Source: Candidatus Spongiisociaceae bacterium
Lineage (GTDB): Bacteria > Actinomycetota > Acidimicrobiia > Spongiisociales > Spongiisociaceae
DNA: 64,000 nucleotides
Assembly (NCBI GenBank): GCA_965219685.1
Contig: CBDCOH010000002.1
Coordinates: 4,032,001 to 4,096,000, forward strand
Direction: 5' to 3'
Below the pieces are notes generated by a model, which was given only the letters and a program-made list of their open reading frames with translations, had not been told where the DNA came from and ran no database searches. Positions 1 to 8,779 of this stretch are shown here, piece after piece (positions within the stretch are counted from its first letter, which is position 1; each line of letters begins with the position of its first letter). The position numbers and the translations under genes were made by a program.

Positions 1-44
1 TCGGGACTAGTGTCGATAGGGGCGACCGAACGGAGGCGAGCGGT

Positions 45-986
45 ATGTTTTCCGAGGTGAGACTGGGAACAATCTCCGTAGCGGACCTATCCAGGTCCGA
101 GCGGTTCTATCGCGACGCCTTCGGGTACGCCGGCAAGGGGAGCGGTTCGCTGCGGGCCGATGATCGGGACGGTCGGGTGGGAGAGGCATGGATGATGCCT
201 GCGGGATTGACCGCCAGGTACTCGGTGGTCGGGCCGGCCGGATGCGACAGTTGCCTGCTGCGCATCGTGGAGTTCGACGCCCCGGGCGAACCCATCTGGG
301 GTGATGTGCCGGCCGGGAAGGTCATCGGCCTGTACGCCCTCAATATCAGGGTTCCCGAGATCCAAACCGGCTGGGAGCGGATAGTGGCCGCCGGTGGAGC
401 CGTCAAGTCCCCTCCCACCCACTGGAACCTGAGCGACGGGTCTGCCTGGGACTCGCAGATCTACGATCCCGATGGCGTGCTCATCGACGCGTGGAGCGTG
501 GAAGGGAAGATCGCCGACCGGCTGGGACCTGCGATGGAGCCGGCCAGCGAGTTGCAGACCATGGCCCTCCACGTGGGAGACGCGGTCCGCTCCAAGGAGT
601 TCTACCTCTCCTTAGGATACGGCGTGCTCTACGACCAGGAGGTCACGGGCTTGGAGGAGTTCTTCGGCGTGCCCGGAGGCGTCGTCATGCACAACGTCAA
701 CCTCATCATGGACCACACACCTGTCGGGCGGATGGAGATGAGCCAGTACCTGGGCTATCCGGGCATCGAAGTCAGAGAACGGGCCGTCCCTCCCAACCAC
801 GGGATCCTCTCGGTCACCTTCGAGGTGGATGACCTGGAGGCTGCCTCCCGCCACGTGGTCTTGCTCGGCGCCGAGCCGGTCGGGGGACCGGTGGCCCTCG
901 ACATGCCCCCCTTCGGTCCGATGCTCGCGTCGACCTTCCTCGGACCGGACGGGGAGATGATCGAAGTCTTCGAGCGCAAGGAGTGA
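45..986 (+). CDS. VOC/glyoxalase-family protein with two VOC modules
   Basis: ISVADLSRSERFY and LHVGDAVRSKEFY module starts; YDPDG and FLGPDGEMIEVFE module ends; paralog of 22189-23112. Confidence 0.85.
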   Translation: MFSEVRLGTISVADLSRSERFYRDAFGYAGKGSGSLRADDRDGRVGEAWMMPAGLTARYSVVGPAGCDSCLLRIVEFDAPGEPIWGDVPAGKVIGLYALNIRVPEIQTGWERIVAAGGAVKSPPTHWNLSDGSAWDSQIYDPDGVLIDAWSVEGKIADRLGPAMEPASELQTMALHVGDAVRSKEFYLSLGYGVLYDQEVTGLEEFFGVPGGVVMHNVNLIMDHTPVGRMEMSQYLGYPGIEVRERAVPPNHGILSVTFEVDDLEAASRHVVLLGAEPVGGPVALDMPPFGPMLASTFLGPDGEMIEVFERKE

Positions 987-2404
987 GCATGTCCACGGGT
1001 TGGGATCTCGTAGTTGTCGGCGCCGGTACCGCCGGTATCCCGGCTGCCATCTTCGGAGCCCGGCGGGGCCTGCGGGTCCTTGCCGTCGAGAAGAGCCACC
1101 AGGTGGGGGGAACCCTCTACCTCTCGGGCGGCCAGATGAGCGCCGCGGGAACCCGCCACCAGCAACGGCACGGAGTGGAGGACACGCCGGAGGAGCACTT
1201 CCGCGATGTGATGGCCTTCTCGGAAGGCAAGGCCAACCGGGATCTGGTCCGCCTCGCCACCGGCAACGCTGCCGGCACCATCGACTGGCTGGACGACCTC
1301 GGCTTCGATTTCTCCCCCGAATGCCCCGCGCCCACCGTGCACTACCACCACAACCCGTACTCGAAGGCGCGTATGCACTGGGGCAACAGAGCCGGCTACT
1401 CGATCCTGGACCTGATCGTTCCCGAGTTCGAAGCCCTGGTCGCCGGCGGCTCGATCGGCTTAGCCCTCGATACTGCGCTGGTGGGCTTGGACAGGAGTGG
1501 TGACGGCAGCTGGGGCGTCCGCCTGCGCGGGCCGGACGGCGACTCGGAGCATGCGGCCCGGGCGGTGGCGCTCACGGCCGGAGGCTACACGGCCAACCCC
1601 GCCATGTTCCGGGAAGTCAGCCATGGCCGGCTCGTCTCTCCCGGTCTGACGACGGTGACCGGAGACGCACACCGCATCGTCACGGGGCTGGGAGGCAGCT
1701 TGCGGAACGGCGAGCGGTGGTTGCCCACGTTCGGTGGGATCGAGGATCCGGCTACGCCCCATCGCGCGCTCCACACCGACTACTGGGCGGCCCTCACGCC
1801 TCAGGTAAGGCCGCCATGGGAGATATACGTGAACGCCGCCGGCCGCCGGTTCATGTCCGAGGAGGAAGGCGATGAGGTGACCCGCGGACGAGCACTTCGC
1901 GCTCAGGAGGGCCACGTCTTCTGGGTGGTGTTCGACGAGGCGATCCTCGACCGGGCACCTGTCATCCTGCCGACGTGGGGCGCCGACGGGGTCCGATCCC
2001 GCGCAGGTGAGACACCCCCGGTGTTCAGGGGCGACTCGTTGAGGGACTTGGCGGCGGCAGCCGGGATCGACCCGGCGGGACTCGAGGCGACAGTGTCCGC
2101 TTACAACGCCGCGGTCAGGGGTGAGCCTGACGGGCTGGGTCGCCGACACCTACCGCTGCCCATCGTCACGCCTCCCTTCTACGCGGTCGAGAACCATGCC
2201 ACGACTTTGCGTACCCCCGGCGGGGTGACCGTCGACGGCGGGCTCCAAGTCCTCGATAACGAGGGCCGACCGTTCGGCGGGCTATATGCTGCGGGTGAGG
2301 TGCTGGGCAGCGCGGTGTTCAGCGGCGGCGGAGCAGCCGCCGGTATGAGCATCACGCCCGCCATGACGTTCGGCCGGTTGCTCGGGTCGAGCCTCGTTAT
2401 CTGA
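983..2404 (+). CDS. FAD-dependent oxidoreductase (FAD_binding_2; flavocytochrome c / 3-ketosteroid dehydrogenase-like)
   Basis: N-terminal VVVGAGTAG dinucleotide motif, GGTLYLSGG, TPGGVTVD, GLYAAGE, AMTFGRLLG; start GTG 983 or ATG 989. Confidence 0.85.
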   Translation: MSMSTGWDLVVVGAGTAGIPAAIFGARRGLRVLAVEKSHQVGGTLYLSGGQMSAAGTRHQQRHGVEDTPEEHFRDVMAFSEGKANRDLVRLATGNAAGTIDWLDDLGFDFSPECPAPTVHYHHNPYSKARMHWGNRAGYSILDLIVPEFEALVAGGSIGLALDTALVGLDRSGDGSWGVRLRGPDGDSEHAARAVALTAGGYTANPAMFREVSHGRLVSPGLTTVTGDAHRIVTGLGGSLRNGERWLPTFGGIEDPATPHRALHTDYWAALTPQVRPPWEIYVNAAGRRFMSEEEGDEVTRGRALRAQEGHVFWVVFDEAILDRAPVILPTWGADGVRSRAGETPPVFRGDSLRDLAAAAGIDPAGLEATVSAYNAAVRGEPDGLGRRHLPLPIVTPPFYAVENHATTLRTPGGVTVDGGLQVLDNEGRPFGGLYAAGEVLGSAVFSGGGAAAGMSITPAMTFGRLLGSSLVI

Positions 2405-2429
2405 CGAATACTGGGCACAAGGAGTTGAA

Positions 2430-3584
2430 ATGCCTCAAAACGGTCGCGGTGTGATCGACGCGGACTCCCATGTGGGACTCGCACTGGACACATGGGATCG
2501 ATTCCTCGACCCAGGCATGGCGAGCCATCCTCGCCGACCGCGTTTCGTGCAGGAAGACGGCATCCATTACTTCATGGCGGATCGCTACCGGTGGCCTTCG
2601 CAGACGGGGAGGCTTCCGTACCGGACCCCTTCCGGACACGCGCCGGGTCCGCGCGGAGGAGTTGACGCCGAGTACCGCATGAGGGACTTCATGGATCCCG
2701 AAGGTGTCGACCGCGGCATGCTGATGCCCGGGCGGTTCATGTCGGCGATCTCCTACTTCGAGGACCGCGCGATCGGAAACGCTCAGGCGCAGGCCTACAA
2801 CGACTGGCTGGCTGACTTCTGCGGCGCCTACCCGACCCGCTTGTTCGGGTTCGGGGTCGTCAATGTGGCCGATCCCGAAGCGGCCGTGGCAGAGATGCGC
2901 AGGTGCGTTCACGATCTGGGGTTCCCGGCCATCTACATCTCGCCTTCGGTAGTGGGCCGGAATCCCGCGGACTACCGGGTGATGTCCGACGAGCACTTCT
3001 ATCCCGTGTACGAGGAGGCAACCCGGCTCGATGTCCCGCTGTCCATCCATGCTTTCAGCGATCCCCATGTGGAGGGACATGGCCACAACTGGCCGCGGGC
3101 GGGTTCGATGCTCTGGAGCGACATAGTCGGTTTCCCGTTCCAGGGCATGCAGGTGTTCGTCAACCTCGTCCTGGGCGGGGTCTGCGATGCGTTCCCGGAG
3201 ACGAGGTTCGGGATCTTCGAATCGGGTCTGGGATGGATGCCGATGGTCATCGACCGGATACACGAGCGCCAGGAGAAGTTCACCGAGCTCGTGAAGATGG
3301 CCGCGCCCGAGATGGAACTCCTACCGGAGGAGTACATCCAACGTCAGATCTGGATGGGGTTCGAACCCGAGGATCCCTTCCTGCCCCACTTCATCGAGTG
3401 GACCAAGGCTCCCCATCGGACGTTGCTCTCGATCGACTATCCCCACCTCGACTACGAACCCGGCCAGGTCGAAGGGTTCCGCGCTCGCGACGACGTGTCG
3501 GACGATCACATCAGGATGGCGGAGTGGGACAACTCCATCGACTACTTCAGATGGGAGGACACCGGAGTGGTGAATGGTGAGTAG
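2430..3584 (+). CDS. Amidohydrolase family 2 protein (decarboxylase/hydratase type)
   Basis: IDADSH, AYNDWLADFC, LSIH, FESGLGW and IDYPHLD motifs; RBS AGGAG upstream. Confidence 0.85.
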   Translation: MPQNGRGVIDADSHVGLALDTWDRFLDPGMASHPRRPRFVQEDGIHYFMADRYRWPSQTGRLPYRTPSGHAPGPRGGVDAEYRMRDFMDPEGVDRGMLMPGRFMSAISYFEDRAIGNAQAQAYNDWLADFCGAYPTRLFGFGVVNVADPEAAVAEMRRCVHDLGFPAIYISPSVVGRNPADYRVMSDEHFYPVYEEATRLDVPLSIHAFSDPHVEGHGHNWPRAGSMLWSDIVGFPFQGMQVFVNLVLGGVCDAFPETRFGIFESGLGWMPMVIDRIHERQEKFTELVKMAAPEMELLPEEYIQRQIWMGFEPEDPFLPHFIEWTKAPHRTLLSIDYPHLDYEPGQVEGFRARDDVSDDHIRMAEWDNSIDYFRWEDTGVVNGE

Positions 3585-3693
3585 TGAATGGTGAATAGTG
3601 AGTAATGGGTAGTGGTCAACTATCCGTATTAGCGGGCATCAAATGGCATACCCTTCACCAGTCACCAGTCACCAGTCACCATTCACCATTCAC
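3570..3693. repeat. Inverted heptamer-repeat cassette: (GTGARTR)n left arm and (KTCACCA)n right arm
   Basis: GTGAATG GTGAGTA GTGAATG GTGAATA GTGAGTA from 3570; TTCACCA GTCACCA x3 TTCACCA TTCAC at 3654-3693. Confidence 0.85.
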
Positions 3694-3694
3694 A

Positions 3695-3725
3695 AGGAGC
3701 GGCGCCCCGACGGGGCGCCGCTCCT
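3695..3725. terminator. GC-rich hairpin between convergent genes, probable terminator
   Basis: AGGAGCGGCGCCCC-GAC-GGGGCGCCGCTCCT, perfect 14-bp stem. Confidence 0.7.
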
Positions 3726-3747
3726 GGGTCGATTCGGAAGGCTGCGC

Positions 3748-5466
3748 CTAGGCGAAGTTCCACTCCTGCTGGCGGATGTGGTTCACCCTCAGCAGGCCTG
3801 GGTCGATTCCCTGCAGGTTGTCGGCGTGGGCCGCTATCAGGGGTGGATACACCGGTGGGACGGACACGGCGTCCTCCGCGACGATCCGGTTGCCTTCCTT
3901 CCACAGCTCGATCTGGCGGTTCACGTCGTCGGTGGCGTCCACCTCGTCGAGGATCGCGTCGAGCCGGGGGCTGTTGTACTTGTGGAAGTTGGCCGGATCC
4001 TGGGAGTGGTTGACGCCAAGGACCACCCACGGCGTGTTACCCGCCGAGTAGCCCTCCTGGCTCGCCACCGAGATTACGTTGAACCCGCCGGTCACCCACC
4101 GGTTCACCCACGGACCGCTGTCCAGGATGACCAGGTTGGCCTTGAGGCCCGCCGCCAGCCAGTCGTTGGTCATGGCGACCATCGTGTCCCGGGTGAGGTT
4201 GTCGTTCTGGATGACGATGTCGAAGTCGACGACGTCGTTCTCGCCGTAGCCGGCCTGGGATAGGAGCGCGCGGGCCCTCTCGATGTCCGGCTCATCCGGG
4301 TACGGCCGGTAGCTCGGGTCGTAGCCGAGCGATGCCGAGTGGAGGGGCCCCGACGCCGTGACGGCCTTGCCCTGGAACACCACGTCGTTTACCCGCTTGC
4401 GGTTCATCGAGAAGGCCATCGCCTGGCGGACCAGGATGTTGTCCGTCGGCGGGTTCTCCACCTGCTCGAACCACAGGATGTCGACCGGGGCGTTGGCTGT
4501 GAGCGCCGTCAGGTTGGGTTGGGCCTCCAGTACCGGTAGATCGCTGAACCTCGGGTCGCCGAGATAATGCGACCGGCCGCTCAACAGGTTGACGAGCCGG
4601 GCGCCCGGATCCGGCACGAAGTTGAAGCGGATGTCCTTGATGGCGGGCATATGTCCCGACCAGTGGTTCTCGTTGGCTGTCAGCGTGGCGAACTGGCCGT
4701 CCACGAATTCGTTGAAGACGTAGGGTCCCGAGCCCATGTGGCTGTCGTTGACCTCTAACCAGTCCCGATGGCGGATATTGATGAGGGCCATCTTCGACAG
4801 CAGGAAGCTGTACGGGCGGTTCAGGTTGAACCTGACCGTCAGGTTGTCGACGGCCTCCACCGAGTCCACCGGGCGCAGGTGCGAACGCCAGATCCCGTTG
4901 CCCTGTATGAAGGTGTACAGGTCGGCCACCGCCTGAGCGTCGAGAGGATCGCCGTTGTGGAAGCTGACTCCGTCCCTGATCTTCACTTCCACGGTCAGGT
5001 CGTCGACCTTGTTCGGCATGCCGTCCGCCAGCCGCGGGACGATGTTGACATCGCTGTCCCAGTCGTAGAGCTTGTCCTCGACCATGTCGGCGATCCACTT
5101 CTGGTTCTGGATGTTCTGAACGGTCGAGTTGATCACCCGTGGCTGGATCCCCATCTCGAAGATGAGGGTCGGCTGCACGGCGGCCGGAGCCTGGGTCGTG
5201 GTCGTCGCCGGAGCGGTAGTGGTGGTGGTCTCGGCCATGGTCGTGGCGGGCTCGGCCGCCGCGGCTGTAGTGGTCGGGGCCGGTGGAGCGGTGGTCGCCG
5301 GAGCCACGGTCGTCGTGGCCGTGTCCGAACCGCATGCCACCAGGGTGAGACCGGCCGCGCTCGCCCAGGCCGATGTCTTCAGGAAGTCCCGGCGGGACAT
5401 TCCCAGCGCCCGGCGGCCCTCCTCGATGGTTGCCTCCTGCCTCTCGCGCCTCTTCCGCTCTGACAT
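3748..5466 (-). CDS. ABC transporter substrate-binding lipoprotein, family 5 (peptide/nickel type), Tat-exported
   Basis: SRRDFLK twin-arginine signal, LVAC lipobox, Thr/Ala/Pro linker, IRDGVSFHNGDPLDAQAV and GSGPY SBP_bac_5 motifs. Confidence 0.9.
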   Translation of the reverse strand: MSERKRRERQEATIEEGRRALGMSRRDFLKTSAWASAAGLTLVACGSDTATTTVAPATTAPPAPTTTAAAAEPATTMAETTTTTAPATTTTQAPAAVQPTLIFEMGIQPRVINSTVQNIQNQKWIADMVEDKLYDWDSDVNIVPRLADGMPNKVDDLTVEVKIRDGVSFHNGDPLDAQAVADLYTFIQGNGIWRSHLRPVDSVEAVDNLTVRFNLNRPYSFLLSKMALINIRHRDWLEVNDSHMGSGPYVFNEFVDGQFATLTANENHWSGHMPAIKDIRFNFVPDPGARLVNLLSGRSHYLGDPRFSDLPVLEAQPNLTALTANAPVDILWFEQVENPPTDNILVRQAMAFSMNRKRVNDVVFQGKAVTASGPLHSASLGYDPSYRPYPDEPDIERARALLSQAGYGENDVVDFDIVIQNDNLTRDTMVAMTNDWLAAGLKANLVILDSGPWVNRWVTGGFNVISVASQEGYSAGNTPWVVLGVNHSQDPANFHKYNSPRLDAILDEVDATDDVNRQIELWKEGNRIVAEDAVSVPPVYPPLIAAHADNLQGIDPGLLRVNHIRQQEWNFA

Positions 5467-5681
5467 GTGAACCGTCCCTCCTCCGCGCCGCCCGCGCGTC
5501 GCTGTTACGACGATGGTTGCGAATACTAACCCGAGGGCAGCATGTGATGCCGGAGGTCAGGCTGCAAGTCCGTGCTCGCAGCTAGCGTGGGTCGGGCAGA
5601 TCCGAGTCCAAGAACGGATTCGCACCCGTTCAGGACTCGTTCTGGTGACGGTTCCGGGTTGAGGTTGATCGGGAGGTTGGA

Positions 5682-6341
5682 ATGGATGTGTTCGAGGTGA
5701 TGCGGACCCAGCGCAGCGTCAAACGGTTCCGGACTGATCCGGTCGACCGGGCCGACATCGAAGCCATCCTCACCGCTGCGACATGGGCGCCCAACGGCAG
5801 CAACCGCCAGGCTTGGGAGTTCGTCGTGGTGGACGATGCGGACACCAAGGCGGCCCTGGCCGATGTGTACCGGGACTCCTGGAACTTCCTGTACCGGCAG
5901 CGGAGCACGCGGCGTAGTTTCCACGACCCGCGGACCGCCCAGGCGAAGATGATCCGGGACTCGCAGCATCTCAAGGAGCATCTCGAAGAGGCGCCCGTGC
6001 TCATCCTCGTTTGCATGGATACGAGCAAGAACCTGGTGTCCACGGACGGCGTGATGCGGATGTACTGGGAGGAGGGCAACTACACGTCGACCCTCCCGGC
6101 GGTCCAGAACCTGATGATCGCCGCGAGGGCGCTCGGGCTCGGCACATGCCTCACGACAGCCCTGAACGTATTCGCCGAGAAGGCGAAGGACATACTCGGC
6201 CTCCCGGACGAGATGCGGACCATAGCGTTGATTCCGCTGGGGTACCCGGAAGAGCCCTTCAGGCCACTGAACCGTATCCCGGCCGCGGAGTCCACACATT
6301 GGAACGGGTGGGGACACCGGACCCCCTCCGGGTCCGGGTAG
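5682..6341 (+). CDS. Nitroreductase-family protein
   Basis: RSVKRF, APNGSNRQAWEFVVV, QNLMIAARALGLGTC, IPLGYP; paralog of 57671-58315. Confidence 0.9.
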   Translation: MDVFEVMRTQRSVKRFRTDPVDRADIEAILTAATWAPNGSNRQAWEFVVVDDADTKAALADVYRDSWNFLYRQRSTRRSFHDPRTAQAKMIRDSQHLKEHLEEAPVLILVCMDTSKNLVSTDGVMRMYWEEGNYTSTLPAVQNLMIAARALGLGTCLTTALNVFAEKAKDILGLPDEMRTIALIPLGYPEEPFRPLNRIPAAESTHWNGWGHRTPSGSG

Positions 6342-6347
6342 GGTCAG

Positions 6348-7061
6348 ATGGATCCGAGGCGCGGGAAGGGAGGGCTGTCAGTGCGACACAGGACGTTCCG
6401 GGGACGAATCGACTACGTACATCGCAAGGATGGCGAGATCGGCCGTGAGTGGTTCAGCGTCACCGCCCAGCCGGGCGGGGACCGGACCCTGCGGGCGCAT
6501 TGCGAGATGGACGATGTGGAGTTGCTGCGGGAGGTGGTCCAGACCCATGACCCCGAATGGCTGCCCGTCGACGCCTTCGTCAGGTTGACCCAGTACGGGA
6601 GCTTCGTCGGCAGCAGTTGGTTCAACTTCGTTGACGAAGGGATCCAGTGTGAGGGCGTCACCGCCGATGCCGGCCGCTTCTCGCAATGGCTGCCGACCGA
6701 CGGCCGTGTCCGGCTCTTCGCCAGCCACCCGGTGGCAGCGGACGGCATGCAGTGTGCGGCCTACGATCATGATTCGCCAGAGCGGATACAGACCATCAGG
6801 CCTTGGGCCAACTCGTCTCCACGACCCGATGGAGCGTCGGGGCCGATGGCGGCTATCGGGAAGAAGGTCATCGAGTACATGGGTGTGGAGGAGGTCACCG
6901 TTCCGGCGGGCACGTTCGAAGCGCGCCACTACTCGCTCCATCCTTCGCGGCCGGACTGGACACCGCTCGAGACGTGGGTCACGGGTCCCGACTACCTGTT
7001 CGTGAAGCTGAGTTGGGATGTGTTCGAAGCCGATTACGTACTCGCCGAACTAGATGATTAG
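6348..7061 (+). CDS. Conserved hypothetical protein (DUF3108-like C-terminal motif)
   Basis: GVEEVTVPAGTFEARHY motif; fits operon; true start may be the GTG at 6381. Confidence 0.6.
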   Translation: MDPRRGKGGLSVRHRTFRGRIDYVHRKDGEIGREWFSVTAQPGGDRTLRAHCEMDDVELLREVVQTHDPEWLPVDAFVRLTQYGSFVGSSWFNFVDEGIQCEGVTADAGRFSQWLPTDGRVRLFASHPVAADGMQCAAYDHDSPERIQTIRPWANSSPRPDGASGPMAAIGKKVIEYMGVEEVTVPAGTFEARHYSLHPSRPDWTPLETWVTGPDYLFVKLSWDVFEADYVLAELDD

Positions 7062-7089
7062 TTGCTCGTTGCTAGTTGTTAGTTGTTAG
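7059..7089. repeat. Heptamer tandem repeat (TAGTTGY) beginning at the upstream stop codon
   Basis: TAGTTGC TCGTTGC TAGTTGT TAGTTGT TAG; the first TAG is the stop of 6348-7061. Confidence 0.75.
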
Positions 7090-7136
7090 CCGGTGGTTAG
7101 CTTTGGGCCAAGGTATTTGACTGCTCGTCTAGGGGC

Positions 7137-8771
7137 GTGGGAGGGGCGATGAGGGTCCGGCGCCGTTTCCTGGAGGTCGTTGGCAGGCAGGTCCAGTACC
7201 GGACCGCCGGTGACGGTCCGCCGGTGATCGTGCTGCACGATGTGCCCGGTTCTTCGACGCAGGCCGCCAGAGTCGTCAGGGCGTTGGCAGAGACCCGGCG
7301 GGTCTACGCACCCGACGCTCCCGGTCACGGGCTCTCGGATCGCTGCTCGCCGCCGGATGACGTCACCGCCTTCGTCGAATCGACAGTCGCGTTCGCCGAC
7401 GCGCTCGGGCTGGGCCGGGTACCGCTGGTAGGTCCGGGGACCGGGGGGCTGCTCGCGCTGGCTGTTGCCCGCACCGATCCCGGACGGTTTCCCATCGTGG
7501 TGGACCGAAGCGTTCGGATCGGTTCGAAGCGACGCGAAAGGCTCCGGGCGGAAGGGTATCCGGCCTTCGCGCCCCGTCTCGACGGAGCCCATCTCGCCTC
7601 GGTCTGGCACTGGGTCCGCAGCCGGTTCATGTACCGGGCGCCCGATGGCAGCACGGCGGAGGACCGGCTCCGGATGGACCTGCCGTCGCCCCAATGGCTC
7701 AGCGATCTGGCGGTCGAGATACTGCGTCGCGGTCCCGGGCACGCAGACCTGGCAAGGGCCGCGCTGGCGCGGGACCCGGGCCCTGCTATCCGCACCGTGT
7801 CGGAGGCGGGTTCCCTGCAGGAGGTCGACTTCGGTCCGCCGGAGGCGCCGTCCAATGGGTTGGCGCCAGCGGTGGCGGCATCCGGCCGCCTTGGCGCCGC
7901 CCCGCCGAGGCCACCGCAGCCCGCTTCGCGACCCGGCCGGATCTCGCGAATGTTCGTCGACACACCGCAAGGTCAACTCCATCTCCGCCAGTCGGGAGCC
8001 GGGGGGCGACCCCTGCTCATGATCCACCAGTCGCCCGGTTCGGCCGAGAGCCTGGAGCCGATGATCTCGCATCTGGCCTCGGACCGCCTGGTCCTGGCGC
8101 CCGACACCCTCGGCAACGGGCACTCGGACAAGCCGCCGGTCGATCACGCCGAGATCGGCTACTACGCGGATGTCCTGGCGGCTGCGCTGGACGAACTGGG
8201 CGTCGACAGGGTGGATGTCTGGGGATCCCACACGGGCGCCCTGATCGCCATGGAGTTCGCCGTCCGGTATCCGGATCGCGTGCGGCGTCTCGGCATGGAC
8301 GGGATAACGCTGTTCGATCCGGCCTTCGTGGAGGAGGCCCTGGCGAACTACTTCCCGCCCCTGGAGCCGGACATGCACGGCCTGCACCTGCTCAGGGCCT
8401 GGCTGATCCGCCTCGACATGTACCTGTTCTGGCCTTGGTACAACCACAGCGCGGGAGGCGCCAACGTCAGGCCGCTACCCGAGGTGGGCGCGCTCAAGCA
8501 GTGGGCCGACGACCTGCTGGCCAGCGGGCGCAGTTGGCGCGTGGCCTACCGGGCCGCCTTCGAATACCCGACCCGGGATCGCCTTCCCCTGCTTGCCCGT
8601 CCGACGCTGCTCGCCACGTCCCCGGTCGATCCGCTTCGCTTCTACTCGGAGGAGGCGGCCCGGATCAGCGATTCCATCACGGTGGCCGAGTCGCAGGGTT
8701 ACGTGACTCCCGAAGCCGCGCGGCACACAGCCGAGTTGTACCGGGCGTTCTTCGACCGCCCCTACCGATAG
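7137..8771 (+). CDS. Tandem two-domain alpha/beta-hydrolase-fold protein
   Basis: Two copies of LH..PGS...APDxxGxGxSD; elbow motifs GPGTG and GSHTG; paralog of 30617-32359; start may be ATG 7149. Confidence 0.8.
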   Translation: MGGAMRVRRRFLEVVGRQVQYRTAGDGPPVIVLHDVPGSSTQAARVVRALAETRRVYAPDAPGHGLSDRCSPPDDVTAFVESTVAFADALGLGRVPLVGPGTGGLLALAVARTDPGRFPIVVDRSVRIGSKRRERLRAEGYPAFAPRLDGAHLASVWHWVRSRFMYRAPDGSTAEDRLRMDLPSPQWLSDLAVEILRRGPGHADLARAALARDPGPAIRTVSEAGSLQEVDFGPPEAPSNGLAPAVAASGRLGAAPPRPPQPASRPGRISRMFVDTPQGQLHLRQSGAGGRPLLMIHQSPGSAESLEPMISHLASDRLVLAPDTLGNGHSDKPPVDHAEIGYYADVLAAALDELGVDRVDVWGSHTGALIAMEFAVRYPDRVRRLGMDGITLFDPAFVEEALANYFPPLEPDMHGLHLLRAWLIRLDMYLFWPWYNHSAGGANVRPLPEVGALKQWADDLLASGRSWRVAYRAAFEYPTRDRLPLLARPTLLATSPVDPLRFYSEEAARISDSITVAESQGYVTPEAARHTAELYRAFFDRPYR

Positions 8772-8779
8772 GAGAGACG

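Noticed and set aside
7694-8779. 692-aa ORF 7694-9772 as one long protein
   Set aside because: The first 362 codons overlap the alpha/beta-fold gene in another frame and are low-complexity Arg/Gly/Pro; the VOC paralog match begins at ATG 8780 with its own RBS
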